Below, one piece after another: positions 9,490 through 18,751 of a stretch of DNA of 64,000 nucleotides. Source of the DNA: Dehalococcoidia bacterium (GTDB taxonomy: Bacteria > Chloroflexota > Dehalococcoidia > Lucifugimonadales > QGNO01); contig OZ220698.1 in the NCBI GenBank assembly GCA_965116555.1, positions 1,778,160 through 1,842,159 of the forward strand. The letters are read 5' to 3'. Both the position numbers and the translations under genes were made by a program. Below the pieces are notes generated by a model, which saw nothing but the letters and a program-made list of their open reading frames with translations, was not told the DNA's origin and did not search any database. How positions within the stretch are numbered: position 1 is the stretch's first letter; every line of letters begins with the position of its first letter.

Positions 9490-10035
9490 CTACGTTCCCA
9501 GGGTGACCAGGTCTCTGATGCCTTCAAGCGTGGCGCTTCCTATGCCGGGCACGTCCAGAAGCTGATCGATGCTCTGGAAGCGGCCCACCTCTGTCCTGTA
9601 GTTCACTATGGCCCGCGACCTGACCTCGCCGATACCTGGCAGCGCTGTTAGCTGCTCCGCTGAGGCCCGGTTTATGTCAATAAGGCCGCCCCCGGGACCG
9701 GAAGGAGGGGCCTCGCCGGCAGAGGAAGCGAGAGGAGCCTCGCCCACAGAGGAAACGTATACCTGGTCTTCATCGGAGACGCGTTTGGCCAGATTGACGG
9801 ACGTCATGTCCGCCTCGGGCAAAGCGCCGCCCGCTGCCTGAACAAGGTCGTTCAACCTGCTCCCGGGCTGCAGAGTATAGACACCGGGACTTGCCACTGC
9901 GCCCGTAATGTAGGCCTGAATGGGACCGGCCTCAGTGGGAGAGGGCGCTATCACGGTTACGCCGCTGTCTGAAGGCCTGTTGAGCAGGAAGAATACGGCG
10001 CCGGAAAGGGCCGCGCCTATCAACAGCCAAAGCAA
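9490..10035 (-). CDS. comEA: ComEA-type DNA-binding protein (SLBB plus helix-hairpin-helix)
   Basis: N-terminal TM helix, ITGAVASPGVY, IDINRASAEQLTALPGIG, LLDVPGIG; start codon uncertain. Confidence 0.92.
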   Translation of the reverse strand: MLWLLIGAALSGAVFFLLNRPSDSGVTVIAPSPTEAGPIQAYITGAVASPGVYTLQPGSRLNDLVQAAGGALPEADMTSVNLAKRVSDEDQVYVSSVGEAPLASSAGEAPPSGPGGGLIDINRASAEQLTALPGIGEVRSRAIVNYRTEVGRFQSIDQLLDVPGIGSATLEGIRDLVTLGT

Positions 10036-10172
10036 CGGTTGGATAGCTTTATCCGTGGGTGCACCCTGAGATTAAAGGAATGTGCGCAAGTCTATTGGGA
10101 AGCTACCAAGGGGTCAAGCAGAGAATCCGCCTGTCCCTCTGCCGTCTGCCCGCTTGCCAGTTTGCCCCCCCA

Positions 10173-10201
10173 TTGTGCCTGTTGACTTAAAGAAATATAA
10201 T
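10173..10201 (+). promoter_or_regulatory. Sigma70-type promoter for ilvE operon
   Basis: TTGTGC-17 nt-TATAAT. Confidence 0.55.
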
Positions 10202-10237
10202 GCCTCCACTGCTGACCAATTGGGATAGGGAGAACAT

Positions 10238-11173
10238 ATGCCAGGAATCGCTTTTCATAAGGGTGAGTTCATACCTCTGGAGCATGCCACGATAGGGGTA
10301 ATGACCCACGCCCTCCACTACGGTACTTCTATCTTCGAAGGCATTCGCGGCAACTGGAATGAGGAAGACGAAAAGCTTTACCTGTTCCGCTTGGAGGAGC
10401 ATTACGAACGCCTGCTGGCCGGCTGCAAGATAATGCGCATCGACCTGCCCTACTCCGTCAGCGAACTCTCCGGCATCACCACCGATATGGTGGAGCGCAG
10501 TGGATACAGGCAGGATATCTACGTCCGCCCCATAGCCTATAAATCAGAGGAACGGGTAGCCACCCTCAACCTGAACCATCTGGAGGACGGGTTTACAGTG
10601 TTTGCCATTCCCTTTGGGGCCTACCTGGACATTGAAGCGGCGGCGCGGTGCTGCACTTCATCCTGGCGCCGCACCCAGGACAGCGTGATCCCGCCCAGCA
10701 TTAAAATAGGCGGCCTCTACGTGAACAGCATCCTTGCCAAAACGGAAGCGGTTAAGAACGGCTTTGACGAGGCCATCCTGCTCAATGACAGGGGACAGGT
10801 CAGCGAGGGCTCCGGCGAAAACCTGTTCCTCCTCAAGAACGGCAAATTGTCTACGCCGTCCATAGCGGACAGCGTCCTGCCTGGCATCACCAGAGACACC
10901 GTCATTGAGCTAGCCCAGAACGAATTGGGCATCGAAGTCGTGGAGCGCAGTATCACCCGCAGCGAGCTCTACCTAGCCGACGAAATATTTCTCACCGGCA
11001 CCGCGGCGCATCTAACCGCAGTCGGCTCGATCGACAACATAGATGTTGGCCAAGGGACAATGGGGCCGGTAACCCGTCAGTTGCAGGATATGTACTTTGA
11101 CGTGGTGCGCGGCAAGAATTCAAAGTACCTGCACTGGTGTACTCCGGTTACGCCCAAACTCGTAGAGGCCTGA
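10238..11173 (+). CDS. ilvE: Branched-chain amino acid aminotransferase (class IV PLP)
   Basis: ALHYGTSIFEGIRG, PLP lysine in KIGGLY, EGSGENLF, LPGITR, FLTGTAA. Confidence 0.93.
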   Translation: MPGIAFHKGEFIPLEHATIGVMTHALHYGTSIFEGIRGNWNEEDEKLYLFRLEEHYERLLAGCKIMRIDLPYSVSELSGITTDMVERSGYRQDIYVRPIAYKSEERVATLNLNHLEDGFTVFAIPFGAYLDIEAAARCCTSSWRRTQDSVIPPSIKIGGLYVNSILAKTEAVKNGFDEAILLNDRGQVSEGSGENLFLLKNGKLSTPSIADSVLPGITRDTVIELAQNELGIEVVERSITRSELYLADEIFLTGTAAHLTAVGSIDNIDVGQGTMGPVTRQLQDMYFDVVRGKNSKYLHWCTPVTPKLVEA

Positions 11174-11189
11174 TTGGCCGCATCGCAGA

Positions 11190-11567
11190 ATGCCTGAATT
11201 TGCCCTCGACTACTTTGTCTTGGTCTTCCTCTCGGCGCTGGGCTTATTGCTGTTCGTCACCGCCTACTACCGTTTTTATGGCCTGATGCTCTTCCCCAGG
11301 CTCATCTCCTTGGCGCTGGGCGCGTTGCTCATATCCGGCGCCATGACCTGGTTCTTCGCGTCAGAGTACAGGAACGTACCCGACACAGCGGCAGGCCTGG
11401 ACGGCAACGAGCAGACTTTGCTCTTCGCCGCCGGCGCTGTCCTAGCAATCATCTTTCTATTGGTCGTCTCCTCTTTGCGCAACTGGTCTATGAAGGGCAA
11501 ACCGAACGCAAACGGCTTGGATATGCTGCGCCGCAGCAACTACTGGCGACTGATATTAAAGCGTTGA
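11190..11567 (+). CDS. Hypothetical membrane protein (about 3 TM helices)
   Basis: Hydrophobic segments; co-directional between ilvE and the PAP2 gene with short spacers. Confidence 0.7.
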   Translation: MPEFALDYFVLVFLSALGLLLFVTAYYRFYGLMLFPRLISLALGALLISGAMTWFFASEYRNVPDTAAGLDGNEQTLLFAAGAVLAIIFLLVVSSLRNWSMKGKPNANGLDMLRRSNYWRLILKR

Positions 11568-11574
11568 GGCAACA

Positions 11575-12165
11575 ATGGGATTCCTGGAAAGAGCGGACGA
11601 ATCAGCATTCGTCTGGCTGAACGGCTGGATAGGGCGATTCCCCCTGTTCGACGCCGTTGTAGAACTAACGGTCAGCGATTATTTTGTGCCTCTGACCATG
11701 TCCTTGCTGCTGTTGGGCCTCTGGTTTGCCGGCCATAGCAGCGCCCACAGGGAGAAAAACCAGCTCAGCGTAATGACGGCCATACTGTCGGTGGCCGTAG
11801 TGAACCTAATCGTTGAGCTGCTCAATGACTTCTTCTACCGTCCTCGACCCTTTGAGGATTTGGACGTGAATCTCTTGTTCTATATGCCAACCGATTCGTC
11901 ATTTCCGGCAAACCCTGCCGCCTTCGGCTTCGCCCTGGCCTTGGGTGTGTGGGCTTGGAACAGAAAGGTAGGGTGGGTGCTGCTGGCGCCGGCTGTAGTA
12001 TTCAGTCTATCCAGGTTGTACGCCGGTGTTTTCTATCCGCTGGACGTGATTGGTGGGGCAGCCGTTGGGGCAGCCTCCGCCCTATTGTGCGGCTGGCTTA
12101 TGCACATCTTCAGGCCCATCCCGTTGCTGGTGCTGCGATTAGCCAGGGCAGTGTATCTTGCCTAG
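11575..12165 (+). CDS. PAP2/BcrC-like membrane protein with degenerate catalytic motifs
   Basis: RPRPF, DSSFPANP (vs FPSxH), SRLYAGVFYPLD (vs SRxxxGxHxxxD). Confidence 0.8.
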   Translation: MGFLERADESAFVWLNGWIGRFPLFDAVVELTVSDYFVPLTMSLLLLGLWFAGHSSAHREKNQLSVMTAILSVAVVNLIVELLNDFFYRPRPFEDLDVNLLFYMPTDSSFPANPAAFGFALALGVWAWNRKVGWVLLAPAVVFSLSRLYAGVFYPLDVIGGAAVGAASALLCGWLMHIFRPIPLLVLRLARAVYLA

Positions 12166-12872
12166 CTGCGGAAGGTGAGCTTGTGGAACGCTTCAGCGTA
12201 CTCCAGACCGGCTTGTTCTCCTAACCGTCTGGCCCCCTCCACAACAAACCAAGCGAGCTCTCTATTGGGGTCACGGCTGGGCCTATCTACAAACTGGCTG
12301 CGGTGTTGCAGCATTGCCTGTCTCTTCTGCTCCACTGTCCGGCTTATGTCCACGTATTCATTGGGTGTGGACGAGCTCCACAGAAGCGCCGTGCCGACTT
12401 TGTGCGGTTGATATCCCTGCTGCGTAAGCTCGGCAAAGTGGAGGGGGTCGCGGGCGTAAGGAAAGATTGCATCCAGCGTTGCTGTGCCGCACATGCGGTG
12501 ATCCCGGTGGGTGTGCCTCATGCTGTTCAGCGGCGAATGGGTGAACACCACGTCCGGCCTGAAACGTCGTATCTCCCGCACAATCTCCATACGCAGCTGC
12601 CTGGTGTCCTCCAGTTCGCCGTCCGGGTATCCCAGGAAAACAACGTCGCTTACGCCTAGTTCACGGCAGGCGTTCCTCTGCTCCTCCTCTCGGATCTTGG
12701 CCAGCCTATCAGGCGTCATTTCCGGGTCTTCAGTGCCCTTGTTGCCGTTGGTGCAGACTACAAACGCAACCTCCGTGCCCTGCCCTGTCCAGAGGGCAAC
12801 GGTGCCTGCGCAGCCTATCTCGTCGTCTGGGTGGGCGGTCACCACCATAGCTCTAGCCGGTCGCTCTATCAT
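12162..12872 (-). CDS. PIG-L/LmbE family deacetylase
   Basis: AHPDDE, CTNGNKG, R..EQ..AC..LG, HRDH, HRSQ. Confidence 0.92.
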   Translation of the reverse strand: MIERPARAMVVTAHPDDEIGCAGTVALWTGQGTEVAFVVCTNGNKGTEDPEMTPDRLAKIREEEQRNACRELGVSDVVFLGYPDGELEDTRQLRMEIVREIRRFRPDVVFTHSPLNSMRHTHRDHRMCGTATLDAIFPYARDPLHFAELTQQGYQPHKVGTALLWSSSTPNEYVDISRTVEQKRQAMLQHRSQFVDRPSRDPNRELAWFVVEGARRLGEQAGLEYAEAFHKLTFRS

Positions 12873-13021
12873 AGGGACGTGCTCTCAACAAGAATGAACA
12901 GGAAGGTTACCATACGGTTGTCCGGTTGAGAACGCATCTAATTTCTCTCTTTACAAAAACCGGCTGCGGGTCCGCAACATTCTCCTCCACGAGCGCGCTA
13001 TAATGCTATAGGTCGCTGATC

Positions 13022-13981
13022 ATGCCTTACGAACATCGAATCTTTCCAGAGTTCTCCTGGTCGCATAGCCGCCGGGACGTCTTCCGAGAGTGCCCTCGCA
13101 GGTACTACTTTCGCTACTACGCCTCTCACAACGGGTGGTACGACGACGCTCCCGATGATGTCCGCCTGGCCTACCGGCTCAAGAACCTGACCGGCCTTGC
13201 GCTGGAGATCGGCGCGGCGGTGCACGAGGGCGCATCCACCGCCATCCAAAAGGCTCGTATCGGGGACAGCGTCCCAACGGCTGATGAGTTGCTCTCCATG
13301 TCACGTAACCGCCTGAACAAGGCTTGGGTCGAGTCGAAAGACGTACCGGCCTGGCGGCGGTCTCCCAGGTGGAGGCGAATGTTCCGAGAGGTCTACTACG
13401 ACACCGGCATCGGAGAGAATCAGTACGCCGAAACGAGGGAGCAGTTGAAGACCTGCTTTGAGAATCTGTTGGCCTCTACCAGCTTCAGGGAGGCGGTGGA
13501 GGCCCCTCGAGTCGAAATCAGAAACAACGAAGAGTTCATCACCTTCGAGGTCGATGAGACGAAAATCCACGCCGTCCCTGACCTCATCTACCGAAGGGGC
13601 GACGACAGCTGGACCATCGTCGACTGGAAGTCCGGGCGCAATGTGACCGATAACCGTGACCAGGCCATGGTGTATGCCTTGTACGTCCGTGAGCGACACG
13701 GCGTGCCCGAGGATAGTATCCTGGCGCGAGTGGAACACCTGGCCTTAGGGCTGCCCGCGGAGGAATACTCGTTTACCGGAGAGGAGTTGGACGGCTGTGT
13801 AGACAGCATCCGCGACAGCATCGTCGCGATGAAGACGTATCTCAGCGATGAGTCGCGAAACCGCCCTCGGGAGAAGCAAGACTTCCCTATGCGGGAAGAC
13901 ACGTCCTTCTGCAGCGCCTTTTGTGAATTCTACGAACTGGACCGAGCGGAGATCGCATCCCTTCAAGAAGGGCCGTTCTAG
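13022..13981 (+). CDS. PD-(D/E)XK nuclease family protein (AddB/Cas4-like C-terminal fold)
   Basis: FSWSHS...CPRRY, G.AVH, PDL...IVDWKSG, QxxxY (QAMVY), C-terminal CxxxCxF. Confidence 0.85.
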   Translation: MPYEHRIFPEFSWSHSRRDVFRECPRRYYFRYYASHNGWYDDAPDDVRLAYRLKNLTGLALEIGAAVHEGASTAIQKARIGDSVPTADELLSMSRNRLNKAWVESKDVPAWRRSPRWRRMFREVYYDTGIGENQYAETREQLKTCFENLLASTSFREAVEAPRVEIRNNEEFITFEVDETKIHAVPDLIYRRGDDSWTIVDWKSGRNVTDNRDQAMVYALYVRERHGVPEDSILARVEHLALGLPAEEYSFTGEELDGCVDSIRDSIVAMKTYLSDESRNRPREKQDFPMREDTSFCSAFCEFYELDRAEIASLQEGPF

Positions 13982-14013
13982 CCACCATCTCTTACGGGGC
14001 CTAGCGGCATACG

Positions 14014-15237
14014 CTAGGCTGCAGGCGTCACGCCCAGCTCAGCGTACACGTCCGCAATCGATGCCGCGGTGGCCTTCCAGCTAAGCCTTTTCGCCAGTTC
14101 GCTGGCCTTTCTGCCCAGGCTCTTGCGCAGAGAGTCATTGCTCAGCAGCACCTCAAGCCTATCGGCGAATGCATCCGGACAGTGCCACGGCACAAGGTAG
14201 CCGGACTGGTTGTCCTTCACTACCGTTTGCAAGCCGCCAACCCGCGACGCCACCACCGGCGTGCCGCAGGCCATCGATTCAAGCGCCACCAGGCTAAAGC
14301 TCTCATAGTAAGACGGGACCACGCACACGTCCGCGGCCTGGTAGTAAAGGGGCAGCGACTCATGCTCCAACGTTCCCAAGAGGTCTACTTTGTCCGCAAC
14401 TCCCAGGGAGCTCACCAGCTCCTGGGCTTTGTTGAACTCTCTGTCCTGCTTGCTGCCGCCTATCACCAGTACCTTGAGGTTACAAGGCGTTTCCATGGAA
14501 GCCACGGAGTGTATGAGAACGTCCAGACCCTTTATGGCGTCCATGCGCCCCACGTAGAGCACTATCCTCTCATCGTTCAAGTTCAGCTTGTTCCTTGCCC
14601 GCCTCCGGTCCCCGGGCTGGAACATATCCAGGTCAACGCCTGCCGGGACCACCCGGATCCTATCCTGGTCCGCCTGGTACAGAGACACCAGGGAGCCGTA
14701 TTCATGCCGCGTCGATGCGATTATCCTATCCGCCGAGGCTGCTATCTTGCGCTCGGCGCAGCTCCGCATGCCGGGTTCGGCGTCTCCGCCCGGTGTCATG
14801 CCCTTTAGCTCCGCCGTGGTGTGGAAAGTAGTGACGTGAGGTACGCCCCATTCCCGCGATAGATCGTTTCCTATCCAGCCGGAAAGCCAGTAATGGCTGT
14901 GTATCAGGTCGTAGCTGAAGCCGTTCGACTCTCTGAACTTCTCCAGTTCATAGGCAAAAGAAGGAAGGCGCCTGAACAAATCCTCTTTGGGAGCGTCTAT
15001 CGGGCCTGCCTGGAGATGGATCACCCTAGCGTACTCGCTGAGGTGCACAACTCCATGGCAATCGGCGCGGTGTTCCCTGGTGAAGATGTCAACCAGGTAG
15101 CCCAGTTCCGCCAGGGCGGAAGATACCTGGCGTACGTAAACGTTCATACCCCCGGCGTCCTTGCTGCCCGGCAGCGACAGGGGACAGCCGTGAACACTGA
15201 GAAAAGCTAACCTTTTTGGCAACTGCGCACCAGTCAA
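14014..15237 (-). CDS. GT4 glycosyltransferase, MshA-like (D-inositol-3-phosphate glycosyltransferase family)
   Basis: SVHGCPL..PG..DAGGMNVYV, IHSHYWLSG, FHT, R...E, GRMDAIKG, PSYYESFSLVALE closely follow MshA motifs. Confidence 0.85.
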   Translation of the reverse strand: MTGAQLPKRLAFLSVHGCPLSLPGSKDAGGMNVYVRQVSSALAELGYLVDIFTREHRADCHGVVHLSEYARVIHLQAGPIDAPKEDLFRRLPSFAYELEKFRESNGFSYDLIHSHYWLSGWIGNDLSREWGVPHVTTFHTTAELKGMTPGGDAEPGMRSCAERKIAASADRIIASTRHEYGSLVSLYQADQDRIRVVPAGVDLDMFQPGDRRRARNKLNLNDERIVLYVGRMDAIKGLDVLIHSVASMETPCNLKVLVIGGSKQDREFNKAQELVSSLGVADKVDLLGTLEHESLPLYYQAADVCVVPSYYESFSLVALESMACGTPVVASRVGGLQTVVKDNQSGYLVPWHCPDAFADRLEVLLSNDSLRKSLGRKASELAKRLSWKATAASIADVYAELGVTPAA

Positions 15238-15254
15238 TCCACCTGGACAGCGAG

Positions 15255-16235
15255 TCAGCGCCGCACCACCATCCTGTACAGCGTAACGTCCTTTGCGCCC
15301 AGATCGTATTTGTAACGTTCATTGCCGCGCAAAAAGTCAAAGTAGTCCATGCCGCCCTCTATGGCGTCTCTAAGGCAGATTGCTTTGAGAAGGAGTCCCA
15401 CGCTCAAAGAGCCGAACTCAGGGTTGAATCCGCTGTTGTACAGGTACCGGATGTTACCTATGTCAAAGCACAAAGCGGCCGCCACTCGTTCGCCGTCTAT
15501 TTCCATGAAGAACAGCCTGAGGAAGCCTGCCTTGGCCATCTCACCGGCCATGCGGCGGAAGAAACGTTCCCGTTCGGAAGTAAGGAACATGGCTTTATCC
15601 TGCCGGCTGCCCCTCATCAGCGCAAAGAAGTCGTCCAGGCTGCCGTTGGTCGAAGCTGCTCCGCTGACTGAGTAGTAGTCGAACGAAGTCTGCGTCTCCA
15701 GCCGCCTCAATTTGCGCCGCAGCTCATGTCTGTCCTTCTTACTCAGAGCCGCCAGGTATTCATCCCAATCGTCGGGAAGCGCCACGCCCGGAGAGACGTC
15801 CTCTTCAGTTAGCTCCACCGTATACGCCGAGGCGCTGGCCATCTCCACGAACTTCTTATACGTGGAAGAGGTCTCCAGAAGCGAACGCAAGTCCAATGTA
15901 GACCACTCTGCTTCCGTCAAATAGCTGAAGAGCGCGTGATAGAACTCTTCCGACTTGGAGCCGTCCACTACGATTTTGTGATAGTCCCAGAGGTCCTCGT
16001 CACCTACAAACATGAGTCTGCCATCGCCGCAGGACATGAACGGCGCCACTCCCACCAGCTTGCCGTCCTCTCTGGCCGCCAGCAGATGGAGCTTGGCGTC
16101 TCCGGAGAATTCATCCCACCATAGCTGATGCCAGATTGGAGTCTGGAACACGGTGGGTTGAACGCAAGAGTCCAGTAGAGCCCCCCACTCTTCCCAAAGC
16201 TCAGGCAGGTTCTCTTCAGATATGTGAAGTGTCAT
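15255..16235 (-). CDS. GNAT family N-acyltransferase, CelD/BcsL (Acetyltransf_6)-type
   Basis: FQTP.W...W, DY, HELRRKLRRL, YLYNSGF, FDFLRGNERYKY.LGA. Confidence 0.88.
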   Translation of the reverse strand: MTLHISEENLPELWEEWGALLDSCVQPTVFQTPIWHQLWWDEFSGDAKLHLLAAREDGKLVGVAPFMSCGDGRLMFVGDEDLWDYHKIVVDGSKSEEFYHALFSYLTEAEWSTLDLRSLLETSSTYKKFVEMASASAYTVELTEEDVSPGVALPDDWDEYLAALSKKDRHELRRKLRRLETQTSFDYYSVSGAASTNGSLDDFFALMRGSRQDKAMFLTSERERFFRRMAGEMAKAGFLRLFFMEIDGERVAAALCFDIGNIRYLYNSGFNPEFGSLSVGLLLKAICLRDAIEGGMDYFDFLRGNERYKYDLGAKDVTLYRMVVRR

Positions 16236-16262
16236 AGACGCTCCATTTGGATTGTTTACAGG

Positions 16263-17354
16263 TCAGTGGACTGCTATGAGACCCAGGGCTTCCTCAACAT
16301 TATGCATCTCGGCAGAGGTCTCTTTGGGTAGGGAAGCGGCCTCTTGTGAAGCTAGCTCCGGCTCTTTGAGACCGGTGCCGGTAATGACGCAGACCACGCG
16401 CTGGCCCTTGAGGTCTAAGCCTGAGGCGGTCATCTTGAGCAGGCCCGCCACTGAAGCCGCCGAGGCGGGTTCGCAGAAGATCCCCTCTCGGTTGGCCATT
16501 AGCTTGTACGCAGCCAGTATCTCATCATCGCTGACAGTGTCAATGGTTCCGCCCGACTCATCGCGGGCCGTGGTAGCCAGTTCCCAACTGGCCGGGTTTC
16601 CAATGCGGATTGCAGACGCCACCGTTTCCGGGTTTGCCACCGGAGCGCCCTTCACTATTGGAGCCGCTCCCTCTGCCTGGAAACCCATAAGTTTGGGCAG
16701 CACCATGGACTTTTCCAGATGATAGTACTCGGTAAACCCCATCCAGTAAGCGCTGATGTTCCCTGCGTTCCCTACTGGTATGAACAGGTAGTCCGGGGCC
16801 TCTCCAATAGCCTCTATCACTTCAAAGGCCGCCGTCTTCTGCCCCTGAAGACGGTGCGGATTGAGCGAGTTGACCAGAGTGATGGGATGATCGGCGGCCA
16901 GCTGCTTGACCAGTTCCAATGTCCTATCAAAGTTGCCGTCCACCACCAGGACCTGCGCTCCGTAAGCAATAGCTTGAGCCAGCTTGCCTAATGCAACACT
17001 TCCCTTTGGCACCAACACCACCGTTCTCAAACCGCAGCGAGCGCCGTAAGCCGCGGCAGAGGCGCTAGTGTTGCCCGTGGAAGCGCAAACTATGGCGGTG
17101 CTCCCCGCTTCCAGCGCCTTGGCAACCGCAACCACCATACCCCTGTCTTTGAAAGAGCCTGTGGGGTTGCAGCCCTCCAGCTTGAAATACAGATCTTCGC
17201 ACCCTGCTTCTTGAGCAACATAGCGCGAGCGCACCAGGGGTGTATTGCCCTCGCCAAGGCTTATCAGGGGCGTCTCGCTTGTAACGGGCAAATGGTCTCT
17301 GTATCTCTGCAGTACCCCATGGTAGGGCCACATGCCGCTATCGCTATTCATCAT
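16263..17354 (-). CDS. thrC: Threonine synthase
   Basis: LGEGNTPL, EGCNPTGSFKDRG, ASTGNTSAS, PVGNAGN, EPASAAS. Confidence 0.96.
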   Translation of the reverse strand: MMNSDSGMWPYHGVLQRYRDHLPVTSETPLISLGEGNTPLVRSRYVAQEAGCEDLYFKLEGCNPTGSFKDRGMVVAVAKALEAGSTAIVCASTGNTSASAAAYGARCGLRTVVLVPKGSVALGKLAQAIAYGAQVLVVDGNFDRTLELVKQLAADHPITLVNSLNPHRLQGQKTAAFEVIEAIGEAPDYLFIPVGNAGNISAYWMGFTEYYHLEKSMVLPKLMGFQAEGAAPIVKGAPVANPETVASAIRIGNPASWELATTARDESGGTIDTVSDDEILAAYKLMANREGIFCEPASAASVAGLLKMTASGLDLKGQRVVCVITGTGLKEPELASQEAASLPKETSAEMHNVEEALGLIAVH

Positions 17355-17381
17355 CTCCTTGTCGTTCTATGGCATTGACCG

Positions 17382-18686
17382 TCAAGTCCACCGCTCAACC
17401 CTGATCAGGCTGCTCACCTCTCTGACCGCCTCCAGTTTCTCCATCTGCCGGATTGCTTCCCTCACGTGTGATTCGCGCGATGTGTGAGTCATCACCACAA
17501 ATTCCGCCGTCCTGCCGTCCGGGTCAGCGCTTTTCTGAATAACCGAAGCGATGCTGATCTCCAGATCTCCCAAGATAGCGGTTAACCTGGCCAGCACACC
17601 GGCGCGATCAGCCAGCGTCATTCTAACGTAATACTCGGTAGCCAGTTCCTCCAACGGGGCGACCCTCAATCCCGGGTTCAAAGCGCCCCGCTGAGGAGGT
17701 TTTCTCCCTATGACAATACCCCTGGCCGCTTCCAGGATATCACCAAGTACGGCGCTGCTGGTAGGTTCAGGGCCTGCTCCCTGGCCATGAAATACCACGC
17801 GCCCCACTAGATCCCCCTCGAATTCGACGGCATTGAAAGCGCCGTCTACCTTGGCCAGAAGATGTTCCTGGGGCACCAGGGCGGGGTGGACTCGCAGGGA
17901 CAGTTCATTGTCCTTGCGGAGTGCTATTCCCAGCAGCTTGATTTCAAATCCAAACTCCCTGGCGTATTGAAAATCTCTGGGAGCCAGGCCTGAGATCCCT
18001 TCCCTGTATATGTCCTGATCAGAGACTTGGGTGTGAAAGGCAAGTGAGGCCAGAACGGCCAGCTTGTAAGCAGCGTCTATGCCTTCAACGTCGTTGGTTG
18101 GGTCAGGTTCGGCGTAGCCCAGCGCTTGGGCGTTGCGCAACGCCGATTCAAAGTCCAGCCCCTCTTGGGACATCCGGGTCAATATGTAATTGGTCGTGCC
18201 ATTTATGATGGCGTGGAGAGAGGTGAATTCATTGGCCAGAAGGTCTTTGCGCAATGGGCCTATAATGGGTATGCCACCCGCTACGCTCGCTTCGTATAGA
18301 AGATTGAGCCCGGCCTTCTCCGCAAGCTGCAAGAGCTCCTGACCGCAGGTGGCCATGACCTCTTTGTTTGCGGTAACAACGTGCTTCCCCTTTTCCAGGG
18401 CAGCCCGTAGGTGTCTGACAGCCGGGTCCACACCGCCCATAAGCTCAACTATTATGTCCACGTCCGGATTGTCAATCAGCGAAGCGGGTTCCGTGGTCAA
18501 CAGTCCGGGTTCTATGGACAAACGCCTCTCTCTGGCGGGATCACGCACCAGGACACCGTGAAGCTCCAGAGGGCGGCCCACGTGTTGCGCCCAGCGCTCA
18601 GGTTTGCTAAGGAGTGTTTGGGCAACCTGGGAACCCACCACGCCCAAGCCAAGCAGACCTATTCCAATTTTGCTCTTGTCGTTCAT
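17382..18686 (-). CDS. hom: Homoserine dehydrogenase with C-terminal ACT domain
   Basis: GLGVVG, VTANK, EASVAGGIP, NGTTNYIL, EPDP..DVEG.DAAYK, ACT domain DRAGVLA. Confidence 0.96.
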   Translation of the reverse strand: MNDKSKIGIGLLGLGVVGSQVAQTLLSKPERWAQHVGRPLELHGVLVRDPARERRLSIEPGLLTTEPASLIDNPDVDIIVELMGGVDPAVRHLRAALEKGKHVVTANKEVMATCGQELLQLAEKAGLNLLYEASVAGGIPIIGPLRKDLLANEFTSLHAIINGTTNYILTRMSQEGLDFESALRNAQALGYAEPDPTNDVEGIDAAYKLAVLASLAFHTQVSDQDIYREGISGLAPRDFQYAREFGFEIKLLGIALRKDNELSLRVHPALVPQEHLLAKVDGAFNAVEFEGDLVGRVVFHGQGAGPEPTSSAVLGDILEAARGIVIGRKPPQRGALNPGLRVAPLEELATEYYVRMTLADRAGVLARLTAILGDLEISIASVIQKSADPDGRTAEFVVMTHTSRESHVREAIRQMEKLEAVREVSSLIRVERWT

Positions 18687-18751
18687 GAGGATGTCAAAGA
18701 GACTTCACTGTCTCTTGAGCTAGAATGACTGCAACCCCAGTATGACAGCGC

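Noticed and set aside
12810-12840. PIG-L motif HPDDEIG looks one residue short
   Set aside because: Within normal family variation; the HPDD and HxDH metal motifs are intact.
18690-18720. Hairpin aagagac/gtctctt upstream of hom as a threonine attenuator
   Set aside because: No Thr/Ile-rich leader ORF was found in the 65-bp spacer; more likely an ordinary terminator or processing hairpin.
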